This document shows, one piece after another, positions 27,499 to 36,240 of a DNA stretch of 64,000 bases. The notes beneath the pieces are model-generated. The model ran no database searches. It saw only the letters and a program-made list of their open reading frames with translations, and had not been told where the DNA came from. Source of the stretch: a virus. Lineage: Duplodnaviria; Heunggongvirae; Uroviricota; Caudoviricetes. Both the position numbers and the translations under genes were made by a program. Position 1 is the first letter of the stretch; every line of letters begins with the position of its first letter. Location: IMG/VR virus record IMGVR_UViG_3300030332_001481, positions 67,486 to 131,485 of that record, one strand, 5' to 3'.

Positions 27499-27891
27499 AT
27501 GTCTAGCCTTGGCGACACAGTACTCAGCTTTTTTCTTAGCCGGGTTGGCCTGCTTACTACCACTGTAGTTCTCTTCGGGTCCTGCGCCTCGCTCGGCGTA
27601 GTGGAGCACATGGACAGGGAGACGCTGACGGTGCAGGTGACCGACAAAGAGCGGATCGTGGAGGGGAGTGGGAACTCTGTCTCGTCTCGCTACCTCATCT
27701 TTACTGACCGTGAGGTGTTCGAGAACACTGACTCCCTCCTGGAGATGAAGTTTTCTTCGTCGGACCTGCAGGGTCGCCTGAATGTGGGCAGCTGCTACGA
27801 GATCGTCGTATACGGGTGGCGTATGCCGCTAGTGAGCAGCTACCGGAACGTCAGTGACGCGTTCGAAGTGGAGTGCCCAGATGCTGAGTGA
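27499..27891 (+). CDS. hypothetical protein with an N-terminal hydrophobic segment
   Basis: 130-aa ORF. Confidence 0.45.
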   Translation: MSSLGDTVLSFFLSRVGLLTTTVVLFGSCASLGVVEHMDRETLTVQVTDKERIVEGSGNSVSSRYLIFTDREVFENTDSLLEMKFSSSDLQGRLNVGSCYEIVVYGWRMPLVSSYRNVSDAFEVECPDAE

Positions 27892-28210
27892 TGAATCTAA
27901 GAAGCAGTGGATAGAGATGTGGACGCGCACTGGTCTGACAGAGGAGCATGCACTCTCCGTTCTTGACCAGTCTGAAAAGTTGGCGGCGCTTTACGCCTTT
28001 ATGCTTAGGCACAATGAGGACATCGCTCCTAACTACTTCACTGCCCGCTTCTCCTACGAGGCGGACGACTCCAATCCTGATAGCTTCGCGTATGACTTTA
28101 CCATTCAGCGAACTAGCGGACTCTCCCCTGACGAGCGTTGTAAGCAGTTCGAAGAGAAGGTCGCTTCTCTGGAGGCACAGCTGGGCCTCGATTCTGACGA
28201 GGAATTGTGA
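27854..28210 (+). CDS. hypothetical protein
   Basis: 118-aa ORF. Confidence 0.45.
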   Translation: MTRSKWSAQMLSDESKKQWIEMWTRTGLTEEHALSVLDQSEKLAALYAFMLRHNEDIAPNYFTARFSYEADDSNPDSFAYDFTIQRTSGLSPDERCKQFEEKVASLEAQLGLDSDEEL

Positions 28211-28719
28211 ACAATTACGACACAGTAGAGGTGCTGTTCTCCACACTGGAATCGGGTCGGATCTTCCGTTTCACTGAGGGTGGCCGGTGGAATCTGGCAC
28301 TGGGAAATCTGCGGTACATCGATTTGCCCAGGGGGAAAACTATCGACCTACTCCTGAAGCTGGACCCGGTGAGGCGGGTGACTCGCATGAGGGAGACGCA
28401 CCCCGAGACCACGGTCTGTGAGGGGGCCAAGTTTACTGTCTATGCTGTGGAGGAGCGCATCCTAAGGAATGAGGACTACTTAGTGGCTTCGACACCACCT
28501 GCGGGTGTGTTCTGGCGGGTGTGCATACCGTACGGGAACACGGAGTGGCACGTGGGATGTGGTGTCGGGTGGGATCGTGCAAGGGAGGACTGTGTCCGCC
28601 ACGTCAGGGTCAGTGAGGACGATGCGAAGCCTTCACAGCTTGCGCAGGCTTGTATTGACTCTGGGTGGGAGTTCCAAAGCGGTGTGTGGCTATGTCCAGA
28701 TCACAAAGGGGCAGAATGA
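28207..28719 (+). CDS. hypothetical protein
   Basis: 170-aa ORF; 4-nt overlap with the upstream gene. Confidence 0.45.
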   Translation: MNNYDTVEVLFSTLESGRIFRFTEGGRWNLALGNLRYIDLPRGKTIDLLLKLDPVRRVTRMRETHPETTVCEGAKFTVYAVEERILRNEDYLVASTPPAGVFWRVCIPYGNTEWHVGCGVGWDRAREDCVRHVRVSEDDAKPSQLAQACIDSGWEFQSGVWLCPDHKGAE

Positions 28720-29030
28720 CTGAGTACAATGGTGGACCCTACCGGTCCCCAGCACCCCCGTTGGAACCACCTCAGTGTTCTGAGAAGCCCCACGGCTGGC
28801 TCAAGATGACAGCTTTGTGGTTGCTCTCTGGGCTCGTGGGGGTAGGCGCGGTTGCCTCGTGGAATGCCTACGACGCTGCGATGAGCTGCATCTCTGCCTG
28901 TCAGGAGCCTGGCGGGGAGGTGGTGGAGTCCTCGTCAACCGACTCGGTGCGTTGCATCTGCATCAATGACGGCGTCATCACCCGTTACGACCGCCAGTGG
29001 AACGTCGTTTCGGGAATTCGCAACGAGTGA
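28716..29030 (+). CDS. hypothetical protein (MTE N-terminus)
   Basis: ATGACTGAG start overlapping the upstream stop. Confidence 0.4.
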   Translation: MTEYNGGPYRSPAPPLEPPQCSEKPHGWLKMTALWLLSGLVGVGAVASWNAYDAAMSCISACQEPGGEVVESSSTDSVRCICINDGVITRYDRQWNVVSGIRNE

Positions 29031-29246
29031 GTTGACTACTCCATATTTCGTGTTATATGGTGAGGACGATGCTGTTGACCCCGCACAAGCAAACGACACA
29101 GGCGACATTAGTCACTGTGCAGGCCTGCGCGAAGCGAGTCCAGCAAGTCAAAGGCTAGCAGCCAGTAGGTGCCTCCCGAAGAGGTCGTTTCTCTCCACCG
29201 CTGGCTGCGTGCTAACCCTGACCACACTAGGGTGGGTGGCAGGTAA

Positions 29247-29319
29247 GGGACCTTAGCTCAGCGGCTAGAGCATTCGGCCTTTAACCGAGCGGTCGTGGGT
29301 TCGAATCCCACAGGTCCTA
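29247..29319 (+). tRNA. tRNA-Lys (anticodon TTT) with an unusual C33
   Basis: Anticodon stem TTCGG/CCGAG with loop CCTTTAA; T arm GTGGG-TTCGAAT-CCCAC. Confidence 0.55.
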
Positions 29320-29323
29320 ATAC

Positions 29324-29397
29324 GGGTCGCTAGCTCAACTGGTAGTAGCAGCGGATTCTTAATCCGCCGGTTCGGGGTTCAAGTCCCCGGCGACCCA
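29324..29397 (+). tRNA. tRNA-Lys (anticodon CTT)
   Basis: Acceptor GGGTCGC/GCGACCC, anticodon stem GCGGA/TCCGC with loop TTCTTAA. Confidence 0.75.
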
Positions 29398-29453
29398 TTA
29401 CTCTACCCTGTAAAGGGTAGGTACCTGAAAACTAAATCGAGAAGCAAAAATGA

Positions 29454-29526
29454 TCGGGCGTAGTTCAGTTGGTAGAACGACGGCTTCTGGCGCCGTATGT
29501 CGGGGGTTCGATTCCTCCCGCCCGTA
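29454..29526 (+). tRNA. tRNA-Gln (anticodon CTG); positions 1 and 72 are unpaired (U.U)
   Basis: Anticodon stem ACGGC/GCCGT with loop TTCTGGC; acceptor TCGGGCG/CGCCCGT. Confidence 0.6.
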
Positions 29527-29576
29527 TGACACAGGTTGCTCTACACCTACTAAAGTAGAGACGAGACAAGTAGAGA

Positions 29577-29660
29577 GGGGACGTGGCGGAATAGGCAGAC
29601 GCAGGAGACTCAAAATCTCCCGATCGAGAGGTTGTGTGGGTTCGATCCCCACCGTCCCCA
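29577..29660 (+). tRNA. tRNA-Leu (anticodon CAA), type II
   Basis: Acceptor GGGGACG/CGTCCCC, anticodon stem GGAGA/TCTCC with loop CTCAAAA, long variable arm. Confidence 0.75.
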
Positions 29661-29662
29661 CT

Positions 29663-29829
29663 AATAAACTTACGGCCGGGGGTTCCTCGGTTGCAGGACG
29701 TGGACGGGAAGGCTCTGGCCAACTGCCTTACGGCAGATGGCGAAACCAGCCCGAGTGAAGCGTCAACAGATCACCCACACGTGAGTGTGGGGTAAGGCTC
29801 TGAGAACAGTGTAACGGATGAGCTGGATG
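29663..29829 (+). ncRNA. solo omega-RNA-like right-end fragment of an IS605-family element (last ~38 tnpB codons plus scaffold), immediately upstream of tRNA-Val
   Basis: About 105 nt identical to the tnpB 3' end, then a divergent hairpin with compensatory changes (CCCACAC-GTGA-GTGTGGG here, GGCAT-GAGA-ATGTC in copy 1), then the conserved GGTAAG.CTCTGAGAACAG and a unique 20-nt flank. Confidence 0.55.
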
Positions 29830-29897
29830 GATAGCTCAGTTGGTAGAGCGCTGGTTTTACACACCAGTGGTCGTCGGTTCGATCCCGGCTCCATCCA
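29825..29897 (+). tRNA. tRNA-Val (anticodon TAC)
   Basis: Acceptor GGATGGA/TCCATCC, anticodon stem CTGGT/ACCAG with loop TTTACAC. Confidence 0.8.
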
Positions 29898-29983
29898 TAG
29901 GTAGATAGCCTGGCTATACGCAGGTCTACCCGGACAATTAGCGTATAGGTTCGGGGTGGCGCGGACACACAACTGCCACACTC

Positions 29984-30059
29984 GGGGCCTTAGCTCAGTT
30001 GGGAGAGCTCCGGCTTTGCACGCCGGGTATTTGCGAGGGTTCGATTCCCTCAGGCTCCA
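29984..30059 (+). tRNA. tRNA-Ala (anticodon TGC)
   Basis: G3.U70, anticodon stem CCGGC/GCCGG with loop TTTGCAC. Confidence 0.7.
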
Positions 30060-30068
30060 TAAAACCCT

Positions 30069-30854
30069 TTAGTATGATTTGCCTTCGGCGTATCTCTGAC
30101 GGCGGTAGTGTCTGCCTTTACCCCTGTTTTTGCCCTTGTACGTGTCTGTAAGTGCGTGGCAGTTTGAACAGATCAATCTTAGGTTCTCATCCCTATGATC
30201 ATAGGGATCCCCATTGATATGGTCAGCTTCTAGTGGAATATCCACTCCCTGCCACTTCTTTCTGCGGCAGACGTCACATCGTAACGGCCGAGTGTGTAGT
30301 AAATAGTTCCGTAAAGTGCTCGCGGACGGATTACCTTTGCGCACACTTGAAAACGTTCTGTGCAGTGCACTGCACGTACGCGAGCAGAACTTACTAACTG
30401 GAAGTGCTTCGTACGTTGTCCCGCACTGGTTGCACTCCTTGAGGATAATCTTCTTCACCCGCTTAGGGTATTTACTGTTATTGATAGTTGCTGCACAGCT
30501 TTGAGAGCAATAACGCCTGTTATTCGCAGGTAAATCCATGAACTCTGTGCCGCAGTTTCCACAATTTATTGGCGTGCTCTTGCTCCCTCTTATTCTGGAG
30601 ACCAGAATTCCATTATTCTGTGCCCAGACACGAACTGCATTCGCAGATCTTCCTAGTTCGGTGCCAACTTCTTTGTGGGTGGCACCCTTCCGCAATAGGG
30701 AGGCTGCCTTTTCCTTGTCTTCCGTTGTCCATTTTCGCATTATTACGTGCCCAAGTAAGTTAACAGGTAAACTGCGGCCTTTGTACCGCCGATAAGACAG
30801 TTCGAGTCTGTCCTTGGGCTTCAGATAACTCGATGACAGCTGTTTCGCGTCCAA
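30069..30854 (-). CDS. HNH endonuclease with an N-terminal HTH-like region
   Basis: CDVCRRK...EADHINGDPYDHRDENLRLICSNCH. Confidence 0.75.
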   Translation of the reverse strand: MDAKQLSSSYLKPKDRLELSYRRYKGRSLPVNLLGHVIMRKWTTEDKEKAASLLRKGATHKEVGTELGRSANAVRVWAQNNGILVSRIRGSKSTPINCGNCGTEFMDLPANNRRYCSQSCAATINNSKYPKRVKKIILKECNQCGTTYEALPVSKFCSRTCSALHRTFSSVRKGNPSASTLRNYLLHTRPLRCDVCRRKKWQGVDIPLEADHINGDPYDHRDENLRLICSNCHALTDTYKGKNRGKGRHYRRQRYAEGKSY

Positions 30855-30882
30855 TGCGCAGCTGGATCGATAAATGAGATGT

Positions 30883-30955
30883 TCGGGCTTAGTTCAGTTG
30901 GTAGAACGCCAGGTTTTGGTTCTGGATGTCGGGGGTTCAAATCCCTCAGCCCGTG
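30883..30955 (+). tRNA. tRNA-Gln (anticodon TTG); positions 1 and 72 are unpaired (U.U)
   Basis: Anticodon stem CCAGG/TCTGG with loop TTTTGGT; same body as the tRNA at 29454. Confidence 0.6.
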
Positions 30956-31033
30956 TGAAATAGGTCGCTCTATACCTATAAGTATAGACAAGTCCCTCCG
31001 CCCGTTTCAAAACAGGAAGGAAAGGTAGAACTC

Positions 31034-31321
31034 ATGTTTTTGTTCCTCGGCGGAGCCTTGGCCGGTGTACTGTTCATGTGTGCGATCATAATCGCGCACT
31101 ACCTCCGTGGCGAGCACCAGTGGGCGCAACAGCTCTTCAATCAGAACGAGCCCAGCCGCCACTACAGCAGCATCAGGGAGGTCAGGGCCCATTCCACGTC
31201 AGATGACGTGGCTAGTGCCTTACTGTCCGACATGGATAAGATCCGTGGTGACTTCGACCGTGTCGAGGAAGACCTGCGCCGCCACCTAACCCTCTACAAC
31301 CGAAACCCTCAAAAGAGGTAG
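31034..31321 (+). CDS. small membrane protein
   Basis: N-terminal transmembrane helix; 95 aa. Confidence 0.4.
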   Translation: MFLFLGGALAGVLFMCAIIIAHYLRGEHQWAQQLFNQNEPSRHYSSIREVRAHSTSDDVASALLSDMDKIRGDFDRVEEDLRRHLTLYNRNPQKR

Positions 31322-31323
31322 CA

Positions 31324-31527
31324 ATGCGTGCACTTATTCCTTTCCTGTTCAGTCTAGCTGGATTGTGCCTCGGCGCTGCTGGTATGTACATGCTACGCAA
31401 GCTGTGGCTTCGCCTAGTCGACAAGGCAGCCACCAAGAAGTACGTAAAGTCGCTGTCCGACCAGGACATCCTAGCGGAGTACAAGCGACGCGACCTCCAA
31501 GAAATCAACCCCAAGGTCTATCGCTGA
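31324..31527 (+). CDS. small membrane protein
   Basis: N-terminal transmembrane helix; 67 aa. Confidence 0.4.
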   Translation: MRALIPFLFSLAGLCLGAAGMYMLRKLWLRLVDKAATKKYVKSLSDQDILAEYKRRDLQEINPKVYR

Positions 31528-31550
31528 CCTAGTAACCTGAAGAAAGCCTC

Positions 31551-32468
31551 ATGAACAGTTTCAAGTTTCTCATTCCGCTATTCGCCCTGTCCATCGGCTG
31601 CAACCACACCGTGGACTCGGGTCACGTAGGCGTAGCCACGGATTGGGGCACGACAGAGTCGTGGACCTACCACGAGGGCTTCCATTGGATTGGCTTCGGG
31701 ACCGATGTCTACGACATGACTGGGCAGGTCCAGGCTCTCGATTTCGTCGACGAGGACCACATCACGGTTCTGTCGAAGGACCGACTACAGATGGGAATGG
31801 ACCTCAGCGTTCAGTACCAGCTCAATCGCGGCACCGCTCCTCAGGTCTTTCGGTCTTTTTACGACCGTGAGAACGAGGTGGAGCGCTACACCAACCGCGT
31901 CGTAGAGCCTGCTTCTCGTGAAGCTATCCGAAACGTCGTGAGTCGTCTCGACGCCCTAGACGCAGTGCAGCAGCGGGATCACCTTGGTCCGCGTATCCGC
32001 CAGGCTGTGCGCCGCTCGGTGGCCGATCTTCTTGAAGATTCGGGTGTGCCGCGTTACTCCATCCGTATCGTGGGCGTCCAGGTTCGAAACATCACCCTTC
32101 CCGAGCGTCTGCGCGAGTCTATCGCTCGCATTCAGGAGGCCGAGAATCAGGCCATGCAGCGACAGCAGGAGATTCAGGTGGCCCGCCAGGAGGCGGAACG
32201 CAACCGTATTGCGGCTGAGGGGCGTGCTCGGGTGTCCCGCATCAACGCGACTCGCGACGCTGAGGTGACGCGCATCCGTGCTGAGGCCGAGTCCAGTGCC
32301 AACCTCCTGGTCAGCCGCTCTCTCACTCCAGCAGTCTTGGAGGCGCGTCGAATCGACGCTCAGCGTGCTATCCTTACCAACGAGAACACCCGCACTTTCC
32401 TTCTGGGGAGTGGCGGTAACGGTCAGAGCATGCTTCTCGACCTGCGAGGCATTGGAGCTGCGCAGTGA
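31551..32468 (+). CDS. SPFH/band-7 (prohibitin or HflKC-like) domain protein
   Basis: N-terminal signal/anchor, an SPFH-like core, then a long coiled coil QEAENQAMQRQQEIQVARQEAERNRIAAEGRAR. Confidence 0.6.
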   Translation: MNSFKFLIPLFALSIGCNHTVDSGHVGVATDWGTTESWTYHEGFHWIGFGTDVYDMTGQVQALDFVDEDHITVLSKDRLQMGMDLSVQYQLNRGTAPQVFRSFYDRENEVERYTNRVVEPASREAIRNVVSRLDALDAVQQRDHLGPRIRQAVRRSVADLLEDSGVPRYSIRIVGVQVRNITLPERLRESIARIQEAENQAMQRQQEIQVARQEAERNRIAAEGRARVSRINATRDAEVTRIRAEAESSANLLVSRSLTPAVLEARRIDAQRAILTNENTRTFLLGSGGNGQSMLLDLRGIGAAQ

Positions 32469-33442
32469 CGATCTGCTCCAACCGGTTCCCGGCCCATGCT
32501 TCCACTACGGAGGAGGCATGGGCCTACCTGCGTAATAGGGGCATGCAGCTCAGGCCAGAGGGGTACCGGCCCCTAGCAGCCTTCCCCGTTACTCAAGGGA
32601 ACCACACGGTCGCGGTTGCAGTTACCTGGGGTTTTCTCGGCCTCAGGTTCTTCTCAGTGTACTTGCTGAGCGGGTCACGTGGCAAAGGGCTCTACAAGCG
32701 TATCGTGACCCACTCACGTTTCCAGCCACCTTTATATGGCCGGGTTCTCACTGTTCGCGACTGCAACCTCCACCAGTTTCTAGTAGAGAATGATATCCCT
32801 GCACGCGTGGCGCATGGGTATTTCGATTCCGACGCCTACGCGTTCGCCAGCTCTGTACTGACGGACAAGTACGCCAAGAGATCGGGCCGTCACTACATGG
32901 AACACGTAGAGGAAGGGTGCTTCATTCTTGAGTGCTTGTCTTCTGACGTGAGTCTGTCTCCCTACCACATCAGCAATGCGCAAGAGGTACAGGAAGCGTT
33001 TTGCCTGCACGCGGTCCTGCAGCAGGACGAGGGCATCAAGGAGCACCTCATGCGCCTCAGTATGTTCCCGAAGAACATACCAGTCACCGGAAACCGTTTA
33101 GGAGTGCAGCCCTACGTTGTCGGCCTGGCCGTGGAGTACAGGTCCGTGGCCAACGACTACTTGGCACACATGCCGTTGAGAGACCCCAACAAGATCAGGC
33201 TCTCGCCTGTGCCTGAGGTCAACGCCATGCTGATCGCCGACAAGGTTCAGAACTACGCTGATTTCCGCAAGTACGCCTCTCTGGAGACGCACCCCAACTT
33301 CGACCACCTCAACAGCTACTTCCTTAGCTGGTTCGAGGCTCTGGGCATCTCTGGGACGTACCAGCAGTTGGTAGACAAGCTGTCGTACACGTTCCCTCCC
33401 CTCGACTACAGAAACCCCGTAGAAATTCCGGTAGACCTATGA
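32465..33442 (+). CDS. hypothetical protein
   Basis: 325-aa ORF. Confidence 0.5.
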   Translation: MTICSNRFPAHASTTEEAWAYLRNRGMQLRPEGYRPLAAFPVTQGNHTVAVAVTWGFLGLRFFSVYLLSGSRGKGLYKRIVTHSRFQPPLYGRVLTVRDCNLHQFLVENDIPARVAHGYFDSDAYAFASSVLTDKYAKRSGRHYMEHVEEGCFILECLSSDVSLSPYHISNAQEVQEAFCLHAVLQQDEGIKEHLMRLSMFPKNIPVTGNRLGVQPYVVGLAVEYRSVANDYLAHMPLRDPNKIRLSPVPEVNAMLIADKVQNYADFRKYASLETHPNFDHLNSYFLSWFEALGISGTYQQLVDKLSYTFPPLDYRNPVEIPVDL

Positions 33443-33624
33443 AAAACGTCACTGCGACCTTCTCGTACAACGAGATCTGTCAACTCATCACCAGTGTGGA
33501 CGATCGGCTGGCTGACCTCAAGGAACACCCTTATTCCAGGGCAGAAGACCGTCGCAAGTACAAGGATCTGCTCAATCGCTTGCACGACATGCGGCGGGAA
33601 GCACAACAGGAGGACGCAGACTGA
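33439..33624 (+). CDS. hypothetical small protein
   Basis: 61-aa ORF with 4-nt overlaps at both ends. Confidence 0.4.
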   Translation: MKNVTATFSYNEICQLITSVDDRLADLKEHPYSRAEDRRKYKDLLNRLHDMRREAQQEDAD

Positions 33625-33980
33625 TGGCCAAGAAGCTCACCAGGACCGGGTACAAACTCAAGCTCGACAAAGAGTTCGACGGTGACCGCGGAGAAGAGCT
33701 TCAGGCCATTGGCACACTAGTTCGCGTCATGACGTCGGGGGACATTCAGATCCCCCTGACTGACTTGGACGCCTACCCGGCCGACATGCCCGTGATTCGT
33801 CGGATTACGCACTGGCTGGCAGAACTCTTCAACACGAAGTACGGCGGGGGAGATTTCTCCGCCACCGAGCTTCAGGTTCCTGTTGAGCTGGGTCTGGCTG
33901 TTGGGCGGCACCACATCATCTTGGCTCTTGGAGATACGCCTGAGGTGCCGACGCAGTCCAGAGTGATTTTCGACGACTAA
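33624..33980 (+). CDS. hypothetical protein
   Basis: 118-aa ORF. Confidence 0.45.
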   Translation: MAKKLTRTGYKLKLDKEFDGDRGEELQAIGTLVRVMTSGDIQIPLTDLDAYPADMPVIRRITHWLAELFNTKYGGGDFSATELQVPVELGLAVGRHHIILALGDTPEVPTQSRVIFDD

Positions 33981-33996
33981 GGAGCAGGTAGCAGTA

Positions 33997-34509
33997 GTGG
34001 GAAGACGTAGTAAGAAGCGAATCATCAAAGACGAGTCATACTTTGCCGCGCAGGAGCTGCGCAACCACAGGTACTACAGGCTTCTCTTGTCCCTTCTGGA
34101 CGAGCATCCTCACCGTGACGGGTCCTCTCACCTTCACTCGTCGCTGATCGTCAAGGGTGGGTCCATTCTGGGTCGGGGTGTGAACGCCCCGTTTGTCACG
34201 GCGTTCGGGGCTCGGTACGCCTACCACTGCAACTTTCAGCTGCACTCTGAGTTCGCGGCGGTGGCTTCTTGCCGGCGTAAGTCCAACCTGCGTGGTTGCA
34301 CTATCTACAACGCCAAGGTCAACGCCCACGGCAAGCTTCGAAACTCCAAGCCATGCCCCTCGTGCCGCCAGATGCTTTTCAATTACGGCATCAAGAAGGT
34401 CGTGTACAGCACGGACACAGGCATCGAGGTGATGAAGCTCAACGAGGATGCTCTCATCCCCTTGGTAGATACCCGATATTCCGACGAGATTGTCGAGCCA
34501 GCACTGTAA
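33997..34509 (+). CDS. cytidine/deoxycytidylate deaminase-family protein
   Basis: Zn-binding H-x-E (HSEFAAVASC) and PCPSC motifs. Confidence 0.7.
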   Translation: MGRRSKKRIIKDESYFAAQELRNHRYYRLLLSLLDEHPHRDGSSHLHSSLIVKGGSILGRGVNAPFVTAFGARYAYHCNFQLHSEFAAVASCRRKSNLRGCTIYNAKVNAHGKLRNSKPCPSCRQMLFNYGIKKVVYSTDTGIEVMKLNEDALIPLVDTRYSDEIVEPAL

Positions 34510-34552
34510 AGAGATGGCTTAGCGTGCGTAGGCACCGAAAGGAAACAGTACA

Positions 34553-34744
34553 GTGGATACTTCTCTCAACATCATCAACAGTAAGCGCAACTACATCTGG
34601 GGCGTGTTCAACACCTCCACGGGCAACCTTGAGGCTGTGGGCACCACCCGCGAGCAGGCTCGTCAGGCCCGCCGCAACTTCGAGGGCCGCAACTTCACCG
34701 TGCGCAAGGCCACTGTGAGCGTGCCGACCTCGACCGCCGACTGA
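34553..34744 (+). CDS. hypothetical small protein
   Basis: 63-aa ORF. Confidence 0.4.
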   Translation: MDTSLNIINSKRNYIWGVFNTSTGNLEAVGTTREQARQARRNFEGRNFTVRKATVSVPTSTAD

Positions 34745-34757
34745 TCGATCTCGTGTC

Positions 34758-34805
34758 CTGTAAATGAGGGGTGCCCTGTAACCGGGGCACCCCTCATTTA
34801 CGTCC
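34758..34805. terminator. very stable 17-bp GC-rich hairpin after the gene ending at 34744 (terminator-like, no clear U-tract)
   Basis: GTAAATGAGGGGTGCCC...GGGCACCCCTCATTTAC perfect inverted repeat. Confidence 0.4.
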
Positions 34806-34979
34806 AGCCACCTCGGAGGTGACAGTGAGAAAGTGCAAGAAGAAGCCCAGGCGCATCAGCTTGTTGTACCATAGTATCTGGTATGCCTGCAAAACAGTGT
34901 GCCCGGCGGTCTATCTGCCTGCAGCGGTCGCTGTGTACGTCCTGGACAGGATTGACCCGATGCCGGTGGAGGACTGGCG

Positions 34980-35258
34980 GTGATCGACCTGGCTCGTGAG
35001 TGGGATGAAAGAGCCGACAAGCTGCAGAAGGCTCTGCGCCTAGCACTGAGGTCACGCCGTAGGGAGCTTGGTTTCTCTGCTGCCGCCATATCGAGCAGGC
35101 ATGGGAAGACTCCAAACTGGATCAGCGCCATGGAGTGCGCAAAGAGGCGTAAGAAGACTCCTCGGCTGGATACTCTGATGGAGTTGGCTATCGCTCATGA
35201 GATGACTCTGGTCGAGCTGATACAGAAGATTGAACACTTCTACGGTACTCTGAGGTAG
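34980..35258 (+). CDS. putative helix-turn-helix DNA-binding protein
   Basis: 92-aa ORF with an XRE-like HTH stretch. Confidence 0.4.
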   Translation: MIDLAREWDERADKLQKALRLALRSRRRELGFSAAAISSRHGKTPNWISAMECAKRRKKTPRLDTLMELAIAHEMTLVELIQKIEHFYGTLR

Positions 35259-35278
35259 CCGAATGTAAATGCCTATGC

Positions 35279-35641
35279 ATGGCAATTCGCTACCGTCGGG
35301 TAACCGGCGATCATTACGTCATCAGTAATATCAACTACAAGGCTTCAGCACTCAAGGCCACGGACGCAATCGTGGCCCATGAGGACGGGGAGCTGGTGGG
35401 TTTCTTCCGGTACGAGAAGACGCCTACCATGATCAAGGCAAGAGGAACCAACGTCAGGGTCGACAGGCACAGCCGAGGCATCGGCACACGCCTCTGGGAG
35501 TACGCCCTGAGGTCTTTTAAGCGCGAGCAGGGACGAACCCCTGCAGTTCGCGTAGTAACCACGACAGAGGCCGGGGAGCGCTTGGTGTGCCGCATCAAGC
35601 GGCGGCACCCCGACCTTCTAGTGGATGGAGACTTCCTATGA
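35279..35641 (+). CDS. GNAT-family N-acetyltransferase-like protein
   Basis: RHSRGIGTRLWEYAL resembles GNAT motif A. Confidence 0.45.
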   Translation: MAIRYRRVTGDHYVISNINYKASALKATDAIVAHEDGELVGFFRYEKTPTMIKARGTNVRVDRHSRGIGTRLWEYALRSFKREQGRTPAVRVVTTTEAGERLVCRIKRRHPDLLVDGDFL

Positions 35642-35895
35642 GATTTGGAGTCAAACCCATCACCGAGCCGGTGGTGAAGTACCACCTCAAACAGGCCATG
35701 GCGTCACGGCGAAAGCACCGTGACCGAGCCAGGGCCGCTCAGCGCCTGTACGACGCAGACCCCACGATCTACAACAAGCTGCGCCTCATGCAAGCTATCG
35801 AGGCGTCCCGTGGGAGTAGAATCTCAGCACGGAGACTGCACGAGAAGTGGGAGCCGGCGGTGAAGGTTGTGCGCCGTGTAGGTGGCTTCTCGTGA
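35638..35895 (+). CDS. hypothetical protein
   Basis: ATGA overlap with the upstream gene. Confidence 0.4.
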   Translation: MRFGVKPITEPVVKYHLKQAMASRRKHRDRARAAQRLYDADPTIYNKLRLMQAIEASRGSRISARRLHEKWEPAVKVVRRVGGFS

Positions 35896-36113
35896 GGCAA
35901 CTACTTATCTGTACCCACTGTGGTAAGATGAGGTCCTCGCCTTACTCAACGTTGGGTCACGTACTCGTGTGCAGTAAGTGCTGGGAGCCCATCCTCAAAA
36001 CTAGGACAAAATTGTCGAGACGCATCTACCTCAAAAACAAGCAGATGGGGTGGCAACCTGACCGTGACAACACGTTCTATGAGTACCGAGAACTTGACCT
36101 TTCATACACCTAG
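35892..36113 (+). CDS. small zinc-ribbon protein
   Basis: GTGA overlap; CTHCGK...CSKC. Confidence 0.35.
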   Translation: MRQLLICTHCGKMRSSPYSTLGHVLVCSKCWEPILKTRTKLSRRIYLKNKQMGWQPDRDNTFYEYRELDLSYT

Positions 36114-36240
36114 TTCGCCGTCCTGTCTGAGCCTGTCGACCTCATAGGACGCTACTTGGCCTTACCCGCCTCTCCCCTGCCCTAGGATATGGCCTAAGAA
36201 CTCGTTAGTTATGGACTAAACCGTGAGTTCACGAGGGGCC

